Source: an uncultured delta proteobacterium (GTDB lineage Bacteria; Myxococcota_A; Polyangia; Polyangiales; Polyangiaceae). Taken from it: a DNA stretch of 64,000 nucleotides. The notes below the pieces were generated by a model that was not told where the DNA came from, did no database searches, and saw only the letters and a list, made by a program, of their open reading frames with translations. The stretch spans positions 2,505,561 through 2,569,560 of the forward strand of contig CAWIUL010000011.1 in NCBI GenBank assembly GCA_963839305.1, given 5' to 3'. Position numbers and translations under genes: made by a program. Positions 42,563 to 52,326 of this stretch are shown here, in pieces. Numbering within the stretch: position 1 is the first letter of the stretch; every line of letters starts with the position of its first letter.

Positions 42563-43750
42563 TCAGCGGATGTCGATCGGCACGGTGAACGTGCCGGCCG
42601 AGAGCTTCGAGCGCCGGTAGATCACGTTCGCCGCGCAGTCGCGCGCCTCGGGGAAGAGCGGCGGATCGAAGCGTGCAATCTGCACGGTTCCGCTGTCGTC
42701 GACTTGGAGCAACAGCGACGTCGCGAACGGCGCGACCGGGTCCTTGCCGCACTGCGCGATCGCGTTCGCGATCTCCGTGGGAGACGTCAGGTACGCGGCC
42801 GGCGGCGGCGCGACGAGCGTGATCTGCTGCTGCGAGGACTTCTGCGATTGCGTCGTCACGACGTGCTGCGAAGAGGACGACGTGTCGTTCGACGCGAGCT
42901 GAACGGGCGGCGGCGCGACGAACGAGGTCTCTTGATCCGCGCGCGGCGCGGGCGTCACGCGCTCCGCGGGGCGCACGGCGCTCGGCGTGTGGTCGACGCG
43001 CATCGACGCGACGTCGCGCGCGTCGAGCTCCACGTGGGCGGGCGCCGTCACGAGCGAGCCGATCGTCGAGCCTCGACGCGGCGGCGCGCCAATCGACACG
43101 ACGCCCTCGGTGAGGTCGACCGTGATCTTGTCTCCGTCGCGCGCGACGCGGAGGTGCGTGCCGTGAACGGCGACGCGGACCGTGGCGCCCGAGGACGCCG
43201 TCACGTCGATCGCGAAGGCCTCGCCCGACGGCACCGGCGTGACCTGCGCTTCGGCCGAGCCCTTCTCGAGCGAGAGCACGAGCGGCGACGCGGCGTGCTC
43301 GACGTCGAGCACCGAACCTCGTTGCGCGGCCCAACGAACCTTGCCGGGAGCTTCGAAGTACGCGACGTGATCGACCACGTCGATGCGGTCGCCGCGCCCG
43401 AGCTGCGTGCCGGGTTGAGCTTGCGCGGCGTTCGCGCCGATGGACACATCGCCGAACGAGACGACGCCGGCCGACGACGCGCGACCACCGTGCGTGTCGA
43501 CGCTCTCTTTGGCTGGATGCACGAAGAGGAGCGCTGCCGCGGCCGCCGCGAGCGTGACCGCCGAGGCGATCCACACGACGCGTCCTCCGCGCTCGCTCTC
43601 TTCGTCAGCTTCGCTCGAGAGCGACCGAGGCTCCTGCTCGATGCGCGCGAAGAGCTTCTCGTCGACCGACTTCCAGTCAATCTCGGGAGCTTTCTCTTTC
43701 TTGGTGTCGCGGACGAGGTCGTCGAGGCCTCGAGGATCGGGGCGGTTCAA
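42563..43750 (-). CDS. Putative anti-sigma factor (single-pass membrane, FecR-like periplasmic region)
   Basis: Overlaps the ECF sigma stop by 4 nt. TM segment VVWIASAVTLAAAAAALLFV. Extended beta-rich periplasmic domain. Confidence 0.55.
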   Translation of the reverse strand: MNRPDPRGLDDLVRDTKKEKAPEIDWKSVDEKLFARIEQEPRSLSSEADEESERGGRVVWIASAVTLAAAAAALLFVHPAKESVDTHGGRASSAGVVSFGDVSIGANAAQAQPGTQLGRGDRIDVVDHVAYFEAPGKVRWAAQRGSVLDVEHAASPLVLSLEKGSAEAQVTPVPSGEAFAIDVTASSGATVRVAVHGTHLRVARDGDKITVDLTEGVVSIGAPPRRGSTIGSLVTAPAHVELDARDVASMRVDHTPSAVRPAERVTPAPRADQETSFVAPPPVQLASNDTSSSSQHVVTTQSQKSSQQQITLVAPPPAAYLTSPTEIANAIAQCGKDPVAPFATSLLLQVDDSGTVQIARFDPPLFPEARDCAANVIYRRSKLSAGTFTVPIDIR

Positions 43751-44343
43751 GGCTCACCTCCGTCGTTCCTGGAGAACGTACCGCGAACGGCAGCGAGGGA
43801 GGGCTCGTTCGCGATGAGCGCCTCGAGCTCACGCCGCGCGTAGAAGAGGCGCGTGCGAACCGTGAGGACGGGCGCGCCGACAATCGTCGCGATCTCCTGC
43901 GGGGAGATCCCCTCGATCTCGTGGAGGATGAAGACCGTGCGCTTCTTCTCGGCGAGCTTCTCGAGGAGCGTGGCGAACGCGCGGACGCGTGCCCGGCGCT
44001 CGGCGTCTTCGTCGGGGAGGACGCTGTCGCTGTCGGGGGTGTGCTCGGGCGGGAGCTCCTCGGCGTACGTCGGGCGGCTCCGGGCGGCGCGGCGGTGCAT
44101 GAGCACCACGTTCACGCCGACGCGGTGGATCCACGTGCTGAACTTCGCCTGGCCGCGGAAGTCTTTGAGGCTACGGAACACCTGGACGAAGACTTCTTGC
44201 ACGACGTCTTCCACGTCAGCCGAGCCGTTGAGCATGCGGTAGACGAGGCGCGCCACGTCGCCGCGGTGGCGCTGGTAGAGGGCGCGAAATGCAGCCGTGT
44301 CTCCCTTGGCCGCGCGGGCGATGAGCTCGGCCTCGTCGCTCAT
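43747..44343 (-). CDS. ECF-subfamily RNA polymerase sigma-70 factor
   Basis: Region 2 is VQEVFVQVFRSLKDFRGQAKFSTWIHRVGVNVVL. Region 4 is ISPQEIATIVGAPVLTVRTRLFYARREL. Start is ATG 44343 (MSDEAELIARAAKGD) or GTG 44439. Confidence 0.85.
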   Translation of the reverse strand: MSDEAELIARAAKGDTAAFRALYQRHRGDVARLVYRMLNGSADVEDVVQEVFVQVFRSLKDFRGQAKFSTWIHRVGVNVVLMHRRAARSRPTYAEELPPEHTPDSDSVLPDEDAERRARVRAFATLLEKLAEKKRTVFILHEIEGISPQEIATIVGAPVLTVRTRLFYARRELEALIANEPSLAAVRGTFSRNDGGEP

Positions 44344-44442
44344 TTGACGAAGGCGGTCGTCGTTGCGGGCAAACGGAAGGGCAGGCGCGGCACTCACTGA
44401 GCCATTTCGATGCTTCGGCTCGGGGGTGCGTTCAGGCACGCA

Positions 44443-44835
44443 TCAAAATAGCGCTTTGAGGTCCGTTTTCTCGGCTTTTTTCGCTTCGAGGAGGTGGTTC
44501 ACTGCTCGGAGGATGCGGGTCTTGGTGGGACCGCTGATGGTCTTGCCGAAGAGGGCCGCGTGTAGCGCGCGCGGCGTCACGCCACGGCCGCTGCGGGGCT
44601 TTCGCTCCTCTTTCGGGCCGGCCTCGCCCTCGCCGCCCTTGGCGCGACGGCGGTTGAGCTTGATTTGCCGGTCTTCGGGCCGGAGCTGCTCGAGCGTGTG
44701 AGAAGCGCTGACCACGCGGCGCGGGTCGATCTTCTTCGACGTGAGGAAGGTCGCGAGCTTGCTCGTGCCCTTCTCCGCGGCGGCGGGCTTCTTCTTCGGC
44801 GTGGTCTTCTTCGCGGGCTCTTTTTTCGCGGCCAT
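44443..44835 (-). CDS. Small basic Lys/Ala/Pro-rich protein (130 aa), hypothetical
   Basis: MAAKKEPAKKTTPKKKPAAAEKGTSKLATF... N-terminal histone-H1-like tail and a conserved-looking C-terminal half. ATG at 44835. Confidence 0.45.
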   Translation of the reverse strand: MAAKKEPAKKTTPKKKPAAAEKGTSKLATFLTSKKIDPRRVVSASHTLEQLRPEDRQIKLNRRRAKGGEGEAGPKEERKPRSGRGVTPRALHAALFGKTISGPTKTRILRAVNHLLEAKKAEKTDLKALF

Positions 44836-44939
44836 GGGGGCGCGGAAGCTAGGCCCGCGGAGAGCCCTCGCGCAAGTGATTTTTGGCCCTGGGCCGGCCC
44901 ATTGGGCCGATGGGCCAGGGGCGATCGGCGCGAATCTCG

Positions 44940-47321
44940 ATGAAATCGCTCGGCACGCGGCGTGCGCTCCGGCCGCGCGTGGACCTGGTTTTGCTCTTCG
45001 GTTGCGCGGTGCTCGTCGGGAGCGCGGCGGTGGTCGCTTGGGCGCCAGCGCTCGCGCTCGCCGCGGGGACGGTCGCGCTCTGGCGCTTTCGCGGGTGGCC
45101 GACGGCGTTCGTCGTCCTCGGCTTCGCGGTCGGCGCCACCCGCGCGTGGTCCGCGGTCGACACGTTCGAACGCGCGCGGGCGAGCGCGCTCCCAGCGGTG
45201 AACGGCGTGTCGCGCTTCGACGTGCGCGGGGTCGTCGCCTCGTCGCCCGTCGTCCTTCACGGCGCCGCCCGGTTCGACGTCGACGTATCCGAGCCCACGG
45301 TTCTGAGAACGACGCTCTACGGCGGACCACGCGGAGCCGCGCGTGGAGACGAGGTCGTCGGCGTCGTCCAGATCGGGCCGCCGGATCGGTTCGTCGACCC
45401 CGAGATCGGCGACGCGCGCGTGCGCGAGACGAGGCGCGGCGTGCTCCGTACGGGGAGCGCCGTCGACCTCGCGATCGTGCGGCGCGCGAGGGGACCGCGC
45501 GCGTGGATCGATCACGCGCGCGAGAAGGTTCGCGCGCGCATCGAGGCGACTTTTCCGGAGACCACGGCGCCGCTCGCGCGCGCGCTCGTCCTCGGCGAGA
45601 CCGACCTCGACACACGAGACGACGACGCGTTTCGCGCGAGCGGGCTCGCGCACCTCCTCGCGGTCTCGGGGATGCACCTCGTGCTCGTCGTGCTCGGGGC
45701 GGTGGCCGCGGCGCGCGCGGTGCTCGTGCGGATCACGCCGCTCTCGGAGCGCGTCGACGTGGGCCGCGTGGCGGCGGCGCTCGCGATCCCGTTTTGTTGG
45801 GCCTATTCCGATTTCGCGGGCGGAAGCGGCTCCGCCGTGCGCGCGTCGTGGATGCTCACGGCGGCTCTCGCGGCGCGCGCTCTCTCTCGACGCACCACGG
45901 CCTCGCGGACGCTCGCGCTCTCGCTCCTCGGCGCGCTCGCGTTCGATCCGCTCGCGCTCTTCGACGTCTCGTTCATGCTCTCCGCGTGCGCGACCGCGGG
46001 GCTCGTGGCGTTCTCGCGGCCGCTCGGCGAGGCGATGACCGCGCGTCTCCCGCGATTGGGCGCGCCGCTGAAGCAGCTCGCGGTCACGATCGCAGCGACC
46101 ATCCCGTGCGCGCCGGTGCTCGCGACGTTCGCGCCGCAGCTGCCGATGGGCTCGGCGGCCGCGAACCTGCTCGCCGTGCCGCTCGGAGAGACCGCGGCGT
46201 TGCCGCTCTGTCTCCTCCACGCGCTGCTTTCGCCGATTCCTCCGGCGGAGCGCGGTTGCGCGATCGCCGCGTCGGGCGCGCTCGCGCTCGTCCGCACGAT
46301 CGCGCGGACGTTCGCGGACATGCACGCGCTCCAGCTCCCGGTGCCCGCGCCGAGCCCCTGGCAGCTCGCGACGATCGCGTTCGGCTTTGCCGCGACGGTG
46401 TGGGCTCCGCGAGCGCGATCGGTGCTCGTGCCTGTCGCGCTCGCGGCGACCGTGCTGCTCGAAGCTCCTGTGCGCGTGCACGGCGCCCCACGCGCGGAGC
46501 TTCGCGCGACGTTCATCGACGTCGGACAGGGCGACGCGTCTCTCGTGGATCTGCCGGACGGGAGCGCGATGCTCATCGACGGCGGCGGCATCGTCGGCAG
46601 CCCCCTCGACGTCGGGCGACGCGTCATCGCGCCGCTCCTCCGCGCGCGGCGGCGCGATCGACTCGCGGTCGTCGTGCTCACGCATCCGCACCCGGACCAC
46701 TTCGGCGGCCTCGACGCGGGCCTCGAGGGCGTGCGCGTCGATCAGCTCTGGGACACGGGGCAAGGCGAGCGCGAGGGTGTCGGCGGCGGCTACTCGAAGG
46801 TGCTCGAGCGCGCACGCTTGCATGATACACGTATCGTTCGACCTCCCGAGGCCTGCGGCGCGCGTGTCGTCGGCGGCGTACGCGTCGAGGTGCTCGCGCC
46901 GTGCCCCACGGCTTCGGCGGACCGGCCCCCCAACGACAACTCCTTCGTCTTGCGCATGACGTACGGTCGCCGCTCGCTCCTCTTCGCGGGCGACGCCGAG
47001 CGCGAGGAGGAAGCCGAGCTGATCCGCCGTTACGGCGCGGCGCTCCACGCCGACGTCCTCAAGGTCGGTCATCACGGCAGCAAGACCTCGAGCTCGCCCG
47101 CGTTCGTCGCGGCGGTCGCGCCCGAGATCGCCGTCATTTCGTGCGGCATTCGCAACCGCTACGGACACCCCTTTCCCTCGACGCTCGCGACGTTCGCCGC
47201 CGCCGGCGTGCGTGTTCACCGCACCGATCGCGCCGGCGCCGTCGTCGTCACGACCGACGGCGAGCGCCTCACGGTCGATGACGCGTCGCGGGCGGTTGAC
47301 GACGCGCCCGAAGGGCCGTAA
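44940..47321 (+). CDS. comEC: DNA internalisation competence protein ComEC/Rec2 with metallo-beta-lactamase domain
   Basis: Competence-domain membrane region with LAHLLAVSGMHL. MBL motifs ATFIDVGQGDASLV, LTHPHPDHFGGL, VLKVGHHGSKTSS. ATG at 44940 (MKSLGTRRALRPRVDLVLLFG). Confidence 0.85.
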   Translation: MKSLGTRRALRPRVDLVLLFGCAVLVGSAAVVAWAPALALAAGTVALWRFRGWPTAFVVLGFAVGATRAWSAVDTFERARASALPAVNGVSRFDVRGVVASSPVVLHGAARFDVDVSEPTVLRTTLYGGPRGAARGDEVVGVVQIGPPDRFVDPEIGDARVRETRRGVLRTGSAVDLAIVRRARGPRAWIDHAREKVRARIEATFPETTAPLARALVLGETDLDTRDDDAFRASGLAHLLAVSGMHLVLVVLGAVAAARAVLVRITPLSERVDVGRVAAALAIPFCWAYSDFAGGSGSAVRASWMLTAALAARALSRRTTASRTLALSLLGALAFDPLALFDVSFMLSACATAGLVAFSRPLGEAMTARLPRLGAPLKQLAVTIAATIPCAPVLATFAPQLPMGSAAANLLAVPLGETAALPLCLLHALLSPIPPAERGCAIAASGALALVRTIARTFADMHALQLPVPAPSPWQLATIAFGFAATVWAPRARSVLVPVALAATVLLEAPVRVHGAPRAELRATFIDVGQGDASLVDLPDGSAMLIDGGGIVGSPLDVGRRVIAPLLRARRRDRLAVVVLTHPHPDHFGGLDAGLEGVRVDQLWDTGQGEREGVGGGYSKVLERARLHDTRIVRPPEACGARVVGGVRVEVLAPCPTASADRPPNDNSFVLRMTYGRRSLLFAGDAEREEEAELIRRYGAALHADVLKVGHHGSKTSSSPAFVAAVAPEIAVISCGIRNRYGHPFPSTLATFAAAGVRVHRTDRAGAVVVTTDGERLTVDDASRAVDDAPEGP

Positions 47322-47333
47322 TCGCGTGGTCCC

Positions 47334-47858
47334 ATGACCGAGCGCATCGCAACCATGCTGAGCCGCGAAGACATCCACAAGCGGGTCACCGAGCTCGGCG
47401 CGCAAATCACGAAGGACTACAAAGACGGTTCGCTCGTGCTCGTCTGCGTGCTCAAGGGCAGCTTCGTCTTCGCCGCGGATCTCGCGCGCGCGATCGACCT
47501 CCCGCTCCGCATCGACTTCCTCGGCGTCCGTTCGTACGGCGAGGGCACCGAGACGAGCGGCGTCGTGCAGATCACGCAAGACCTCTCGCGGCCGATCGAG
47601 CACGAGGACGTCATCATCGTCGAGGACATCGTCGACACGGGCCTCACGATCGCGCACCTCATGGATCTCCTCCGCACGCGCAACCCGCGCAGCGTGAAGG
47701 TGTGCTCGCTGCTCCACAAACCGGTGCGCGCGCGCGTGGAGGTGAAGGTCGACTACCTGGGCTTCACGATCGAAGACAAATTCGTCGTCGGCTACGGGCT
47801 CGACTTCGCCGAGAAGCACCGCAACCTGCCGTTCATCGGCGTCGTGGAGCGCGGCTGA
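47334..47858 (+). CDS. hpt: Hypoxanthine phosphoribosyltransferase
   Basis: [17 protein letters not shown] and the PRPP-binding motif [12 protein letters not shown]. Confidence 0.9.
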   Translation: MTERIATMLSREDIHKRVTELGAQITKDYKDGSLVLVCVLKGSFVFAADLARAIDLPLRIDFLGVRSYGEGTETSGVVQITQDLSRPIEHEDVIIVEDIVDTGLTIAHLMDLLRTRNPRSVKVCSLLHKPVRARVEVKVDYLGFTIEDKFVVGYGLDFAEKHRNLPFIGVVERG

Positions 47859-48166
47859 TGTCCAAGCGTCTCGCTTACCTCGAGAAGATCACGAGCGAGG
47901 GCTCCGCGGATCCGTTCGCGTGGTACGGCCTCGCGCTCGAATACAAAACCCTCGGGCGCGTGGACGACGCGCTCCGCACGTTCGAGGCGCTCCGCGCGAA
48001 GAACCCGGACTACGTGCCGATGTTCCTGATGTGCGGACAAATGCTCGCGGACGCTGGCAAACCCGGCGCGCGCGACTGGCTCGAGGCGGGCATCGCCGTG
48101 GCGACGCAGAAGCGCGACTCGCACGCGCTCGGCGAGCTCGAGAGCGCGCTCGAAGCGCTCTCGTGA
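47858..48166 (+). CDS. Small TPR-like protein
   Basis: The ATG overlaps the hpt TGA (TGATG). YGLALEYKTLGRVDDALRTFEALRAKNPDYVPMFLMCGQMLADAG is TPR-like. Confidence 0.45.
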   Translation: MSKRLAYLEKITSEGSADPFAWYGLALEYKTLGRVDDALRTFEALRAKNPDYVPMFLMCGQMLADAGKPGARDWLEAGIAVATQKRDSHALGELESALEALS

Positions 48167-49380
48167 TTCACGACGCGGCTCATTTCCTTGTCGTAGAACT
48201 TCGCGCCAGCGAGCGCGTCGGGCAGGTACGTCTCGTCGGGCACGACGTTTCCTTCGTAGTCGTGCGGGTACTTGTAGTCCTTGCCGTAGCCCTCTTCCTT
48301 CATGAGCTTCGTCGGCGCGTTTCGAAGCTTGAGCGGGACGGGGAGCGCGCCGTGCTCGTCGATCGCCGCCTTCGCGCGCTGCCACGCGTTCTTCACGGCG
48401 TTCGATTTCGGCGCGTTCGCCAGATAGAGCGCCGCGTGCGTCAGCGGGTAGAGCCCCTCCGGCATGCCGAGGCGCCGATAGGCCTGATCGGCGGCGTTCG
48501 CGACGACGAGCGCGTTCGAGTCCGCATCGCCGACGTCCTCGCTCGCGAAGATGATCATGCGCCGCATGACGAAGAGCGGGTCGTCTCCCGCTTCGAGCAT
48601 GCGCATCATCCAGTAGACCGCGGCGTCGGGATCGGAGCCGCGCATCGATTTGATGAACGCGCTGACGACGTTGTAGTGCTCGTCGCCGGTCTTGTCGTAG
48701 AGGAGCGGCGCGTGCGTGTGCGCCTCGGTGACCGCCGTGAGGTCGATGCGGCTGGCCCCGCGAGAGTGCGCGTGCTCGGCGACCATCTCGAGCGTCGTGA
48801 GCGCGCGGCGCGCGTCGCCTCGCGCGTCCTTCGCGATCGCGGCGAGCGCGTCATCGTCGCCCTCGAGGTGCATCGCGCCGAGCCCGCGCGATTCGTCCGT
48901 GAGCGCGCGACGCAAGAGCGCGACGAGGTTCTCGTCGCCGAGCGGGTCGAGGCGGAAGACCTTGCAGCGCGACAGGAGCGCCGCGTTCACGGCGAAAGAC
49001 GGGTTCTCCGTGGTCGCGCCGACGAGCACGATCGTGCCCATCTCGACGTGCGGAAGAAAAGCGTCCTGCTGCGCCTTGTTGAACCGGTGAATCTCGTCGA
49101 CGAAGACGATCGTGCGCTGGCCGCGGTCCGCGCGGCGACGGCGAGCCTCTTCGACGATCTGGCGGAGCTCGGCCAGGCTCCCGAGCACCGCGCTGAACTG
49201 CACGAGCTCGGCCTTCGTCTGACCCGCGATGACGCGCCCGAGCGACGTCTTGCCCGACCCGGGCGGTCCCCAGAGCACGAGCGACGGGACGCGGTCCTCG
49301 CGAATCGCGCGGAGCAAGAAGCGACCGGAGCCGAGCAGGTGACCCTGACCGACGTACTCTTCGATCGTGCTCGGGCGCAT
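48010..49380 (-). CDS. rarA: Replication-associated recombination protein A (RarA/MgsA AAA+ ATPase). The 3' end is uncertain.
   Basis: ARMRP-type N-terminus (ADRMRPSTIEEYVGQGHLLG). Walker A GPPGSGKTSL, Walker B IVFVDEIHRFN, sensor motifs. Start is ATG 49380 or GTG 49470. After ...AGAKFYD the in-frame tail is low-complexity and runs 157 nt antisense into the TPR gene, so the true C-terminus is probably mis-framed. Confidence 0.75.
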   Translation of the reverse strand: MRPSTIEEYVGQGHLLGSGRFLLRAIREDRVPSLVLWGPPGSGKTSLGRVIAGQTKAELVQFSAVLGSLAELRQIVEEARRRRADRGQRTIVFVDEIHRFNKAQQDAFLPHVEMGTIVLVGATTENPSFAVNAALLSRCKVFRLDPLGDENLVALLRRALTDESRGLGAMHLEGDDDALAAIAKDARGDARRALTTLEMVAEHAHSRGASRIDLTAVTEAHTHAPLLYDKTGDEHYNVVSAFIKSMRGSDPDAAVYWMMRMLEAGDDPLFVMRRMIIFASEDVGDADSNALVVANAADQAYRRLGMPEGLYPLTHAALYLANAPKSNAVKNAWQRAKAAIDEHGALPVPLKLRNAPTKLMKEEGYGKDYKYPHDYEGNVVPDETYLPDALAGAKFYDKEMSRVVNHESASSALSSSPSACESRFCVATAMPASSQSRAPGLPASASICPHIRNIGT

Positions 49381-49530
49381 GCGATCGGCGAGCGGAGGCT
49401 TCCCCGGCAAGCGGCCCGAGCGCACCGCGTGCGAAAAGAGCGTGTTTTCGTCGGTCCGGTTCGTCGCCACCGCGGGCAGTATAAGTCGGCGGATCCTCAA
49501 CGGGCTGGCGAAACGGGGCGCGTCGCCGTA

Positions 49531-50436
49531 ATGCTTGTCACCTCTGCGATGGTCGGGCCGAGACTCTTGTTTTCGATCGCGTGCATCGGCACGGTCGCGT
49601 CGTGCGGCGGGAGCGAGAAGCCGCCCGCGACGCCCGACGGCCCTCGCGGCACGAGCATCGAGATCGCCGACCTCGAAGTGAACGGCGACGGCAGCGATCG
49701 ATTCACGGCGTGCCCGCCCCCGGGCGACTTCGGGCAGGAGTGGTACCCGAACATTCCGGATTGGACGCCGCCGACGAGCTCGGCGCAGACGGATGACGCT
49801 GGCGCTCCATCCGCTTCCACCGAACAGCTCGGTCGCACGCCGACGGAGCGCGCGATCGAGGACACGCGGTCCGCGTTTCGGAGCTGCTACCACCGCGGGC
49901 TCGTGCACGATCCGACGCAGTACGGACACGTCGCGATCGTGCTCCGCGTCGGGGCTGCCGGCCGCGTCCTCAAGACCGAGGCGTGGGGCGCGTGCGAGAT
50001 CCAGCACGACGTCATCCAGTGCATGCGCGACGTCGCGAAGGCGTACCGCTTCGATCCGCCCGCGAGCGGAAAGGACACGATCATCATCCCGGTCGTGTTC
50101 CAACCGCGCGCGGGTCGCGGCGCGATGTCGACCGAGAACGACGCGTACACCGCCCAGGCTTACGTCACCCTCGAGAGCATGCGGCCGGAGCTCCACGAGT
50201 GCGAGGCGCGGGCGAGGCGCGAGGGCAAGGACGTCGAGGCCTGGGGCGTCTTCGACATGTCGCTCGACAAGACCGGCGCGGTCACGAGCGCGAACATCGA
50301 CCCGTACCACGGCGACCAGGAGCTCCTCGGCTGCGCCGCCGAGGTGATGCAGAAGATGAAGCTTCCACCGCCCGAAGGGGGCAAAGGGAAGGTCCTCGCG
50401 CGGATCACGTTCAACCCGCGCGCCGGAACCCGATAG
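49531..50436 (+). CDS. Lipoprotein, hypothetical
   Basis: MLVTSAMVGPRLLFSIACIGTVASCGG lipobox. 301 aa. Divergent from rarA. Confidence 0.5.
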   Translation: MLVTSAMVGPRLLFSIACIGTVASCGGSEKPPATPDGPRGTSIEIADLEVNGDGSDRFTACPPPGDFGQEWYPNIPDWTPPTSSAQTDDAGAPSASTEQLGRTPTERAIEDTRSAFRSCYHRGLVHDPTQYGHVAIVLRVGAAGRVLKTEAWGACEIQHDVIQCMRDVAKAYRFDPPASGKDTIIIPVVFQPRAGRGAMSTENDAYTAQAYVTLESMRPELHECEARARREGKDVEAWGVFDMSLDKTGAVTSANIDPYHGDQELLGCAAEVMQKMKLPPPEGGKGKVLARITFNPRAGTR

Positions 50437-50445
50437 TATCGGATC

Positions 50446-52326
50446 GTGGAACGTCCGCGCGCGCTCGTCATTCCGTTCGGCGTTCCCGATGGGGGCAAGG
50501 GGCTCGGGCTCGGGCTCGCGTCACTCGTGCACTCGTTCGCGCGGGTCGACGACGGCGACGTCGCGCTCGCGCAGATCCGCTCGCATGGAAGCGACGGAGG
50601 CGTCACCGGTCTCGTCGAGGCGTTCGTGACGGGCGCGCAGTGGCGCGCGATGCCGGGCTCGGAGGACACGCCACCGCAGGTTCTCGTGGTGTTCACGGGA
50701 GCGTTCGAGCCGCCGCGCGACGGGCGCGGCGCGTTCTCCGTGCTCGCGTTCGACGCGAAGACGGGCGAGCCGCGCGCGAAGTTCGAGGCCGTGCTCGATC
50801 CGGATGGCGCGGGCCGCTCGATCGTCGACGCGCTCCAGTCGCTCTGCGCGCGCGTCGGCGGGGACGCGTCCGGGCTCAAGGGCATCGCGGCGCTCGGGTG
50901 GGACGCGCTCGAGAGCTTGCTCCTCGCAGAGACGTGGCGCGTTCGCGCGCTGAGCGGCGCGGAGCCGACGGGCGTCGTCGCGGCGCTCGCGCACCTCGGG
51001 CGCTCGGTGAGCGAGGCGCGTGACGCGACGTTTCCGGCGGAGCGGCTCGCTACGATGGCGCTCGAGCTCGCGCGCGACACCGCCGACACGCGGAGCGTCG
51101 AGGCCGCGCTGCGGACGCTCGTCGCGGCGAGCGTGGACGCTCCGGAGAACGCGTCGCTCGAAGCCGCCGCGGGCGCGCTCTGCTTGCGGCTCGGGCGCGC
51201 CACGGAGGCCATCGAGCACGGTGAGCGCGCGATCGAGCGCGACACCGCACGCGCGTTCTCGCACGCGCTGCTCGCGGAGGCCAAGCGCGCGAGCGGGGAC
51301 ATGGCTGGCGCGCAGCGGGCGATCGTTGCGGCCTCCGCGATCGACGAGAACGATCCGCACGTTCGAAACGAGCGCGCCGTGCTCGCGGTCGCGTCGGGCG
51401 ACGCGCTCGGCGCGCAAGCCGAGTGGCAAAAGCTCCTCACGTCGCACCCGATGCACGTCGCCGCGTTCGCGAACCTCGCGTCGCTCGCGCTCGAACGTGG
51501 CGACGCGCCGCTCGCGCAGCTCGTCGTCGATCACGCGCTCGCGGTGCGCGCGAACGCGCCCGTCGACATGCTGCGGCGCGCGGTCCAGGTCGCGCTCCAC
51601 GTCGAGCCGCAGAGCGTCGCGCGCGGCTCGCGGCTCGCGTCGATGTGTCGCGCCGTGATCGATCGCGAGCCGAACGACGCGGTGGCGACGCTGCTCCTCG
51701 CGCGCTCGCTCGCGGAGATGGGCGAGCGAGACGCGGCGTTCGAGAAGCTCGCGAGCCTCGAGCACGCGGCCAAGAACACGCTCGTCGCCGCGGAGGCCGC
51801 GCGCGCGAGGCTCCAGATCGCCGAGCCGCTCGCGGCCGCCTCGATCGACGCCACGATGCGCGCCGCGACGGAGCCCGGCGTTCAAGATCTCGACGCGGTC
51901 GCGGCGCGCGCGCGCCGGCTCGGCGAAGAGCACGACAGCTGGGTCGCGCACCTCGCGGCGGCGATGGCCGAGCGGAGGTTGGGGCGCCACACGCGCGCTC
52001 GCGTCGACGCGCTTCGAGCGCTCGCACTCGCGCCGAGCGCGCCCGCGGCGCACCTCGAGATGGCGGTGCTCATGCTCGCGACGAAGGACCCCGCCGGCGC
52101 AGCGGCGCACGCGAAGCGCGCGACCGAGCTCGATCCTGCCGCGGCGCGCGCGCACGCGGTCCTCGCCGAGGCCCTCTACGAGACGGGCGCGCAGGACGAG
52201 GCGATCGTCGCGATCGAACGGGCGCACGCGCTCGCGCCGGACGACGCACACATCGCCTCGGCGCGCGCGCGCATCAGCACCGCGAAGAAGCGCGCGAGCT
52301 GGGTCGAACGACTATTGAAGCGCTAG
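50446..52326 (+). CDS. TPR repeat protein (626 aa)
   Basis: Ala/Leu-rich 34-residue repeats through the C-terminal 450 aa (..ALLAEAKRASGDMAGAQRAIVAASAID.. and similar). Confidence 0.55.
   Translation: MERPRALVIPFGVPDGGKGLGLGLASLVHSFARVDDGDVALAQIRSHGSDGGVTGLVEAFVTGAQWRAMPGSEDTPPQVLVVFTGAFEPPRDGRGAFSVLAFDAKTGEPRAKFEAVLDPDGAGRSIVDALQSLCARVGGDASGLKGIAALGWDALESLLLAETWRVRALSGAEPTGVVAALAHLGRSVSEARDATFPAERLATMALELARDTADTRSVEAALRTLVAASVDAPENASLEAAAGALCLRLGRATEAIEHGERAIERDTARAFSHALLAEAKRASGDMAGAQRAIVAASAIDENDPHVRNERAVLAVASGDALGAQAEWQKLLTSHPMHVAAFANLASLALERGDAPLAQLVVDHALAVRANAPVDMLRRAVQVALHVEPQSVARGSRLASMCRAVIDREPNDAVATLLLARSLAEMGERDAAFEKLASLEHAAKNTLVAAEAARARLQIAEPLAAASIDATMRAATEPGVQDLDAVAARARRLGEEHDSWVAHLAAAMAERRLGRHTRARVDALRALALAPSAPAAHLEMAVLMLATKDPAGAAAHAKRATELDPAAARAHAVLAEALYETGAQDEAIVAIERAHALAPDDAHIASARARISTAKKRASWVERLLKR

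Noticed and set aside
44577-47819. 1080-aa minus-strand ORF spanning comEC and hpt in antisense
   Set aside because: Extremely Arg-rich (RRRR runs) and antisense to two well-supported genes. It is a GC-rich stop-free frame.
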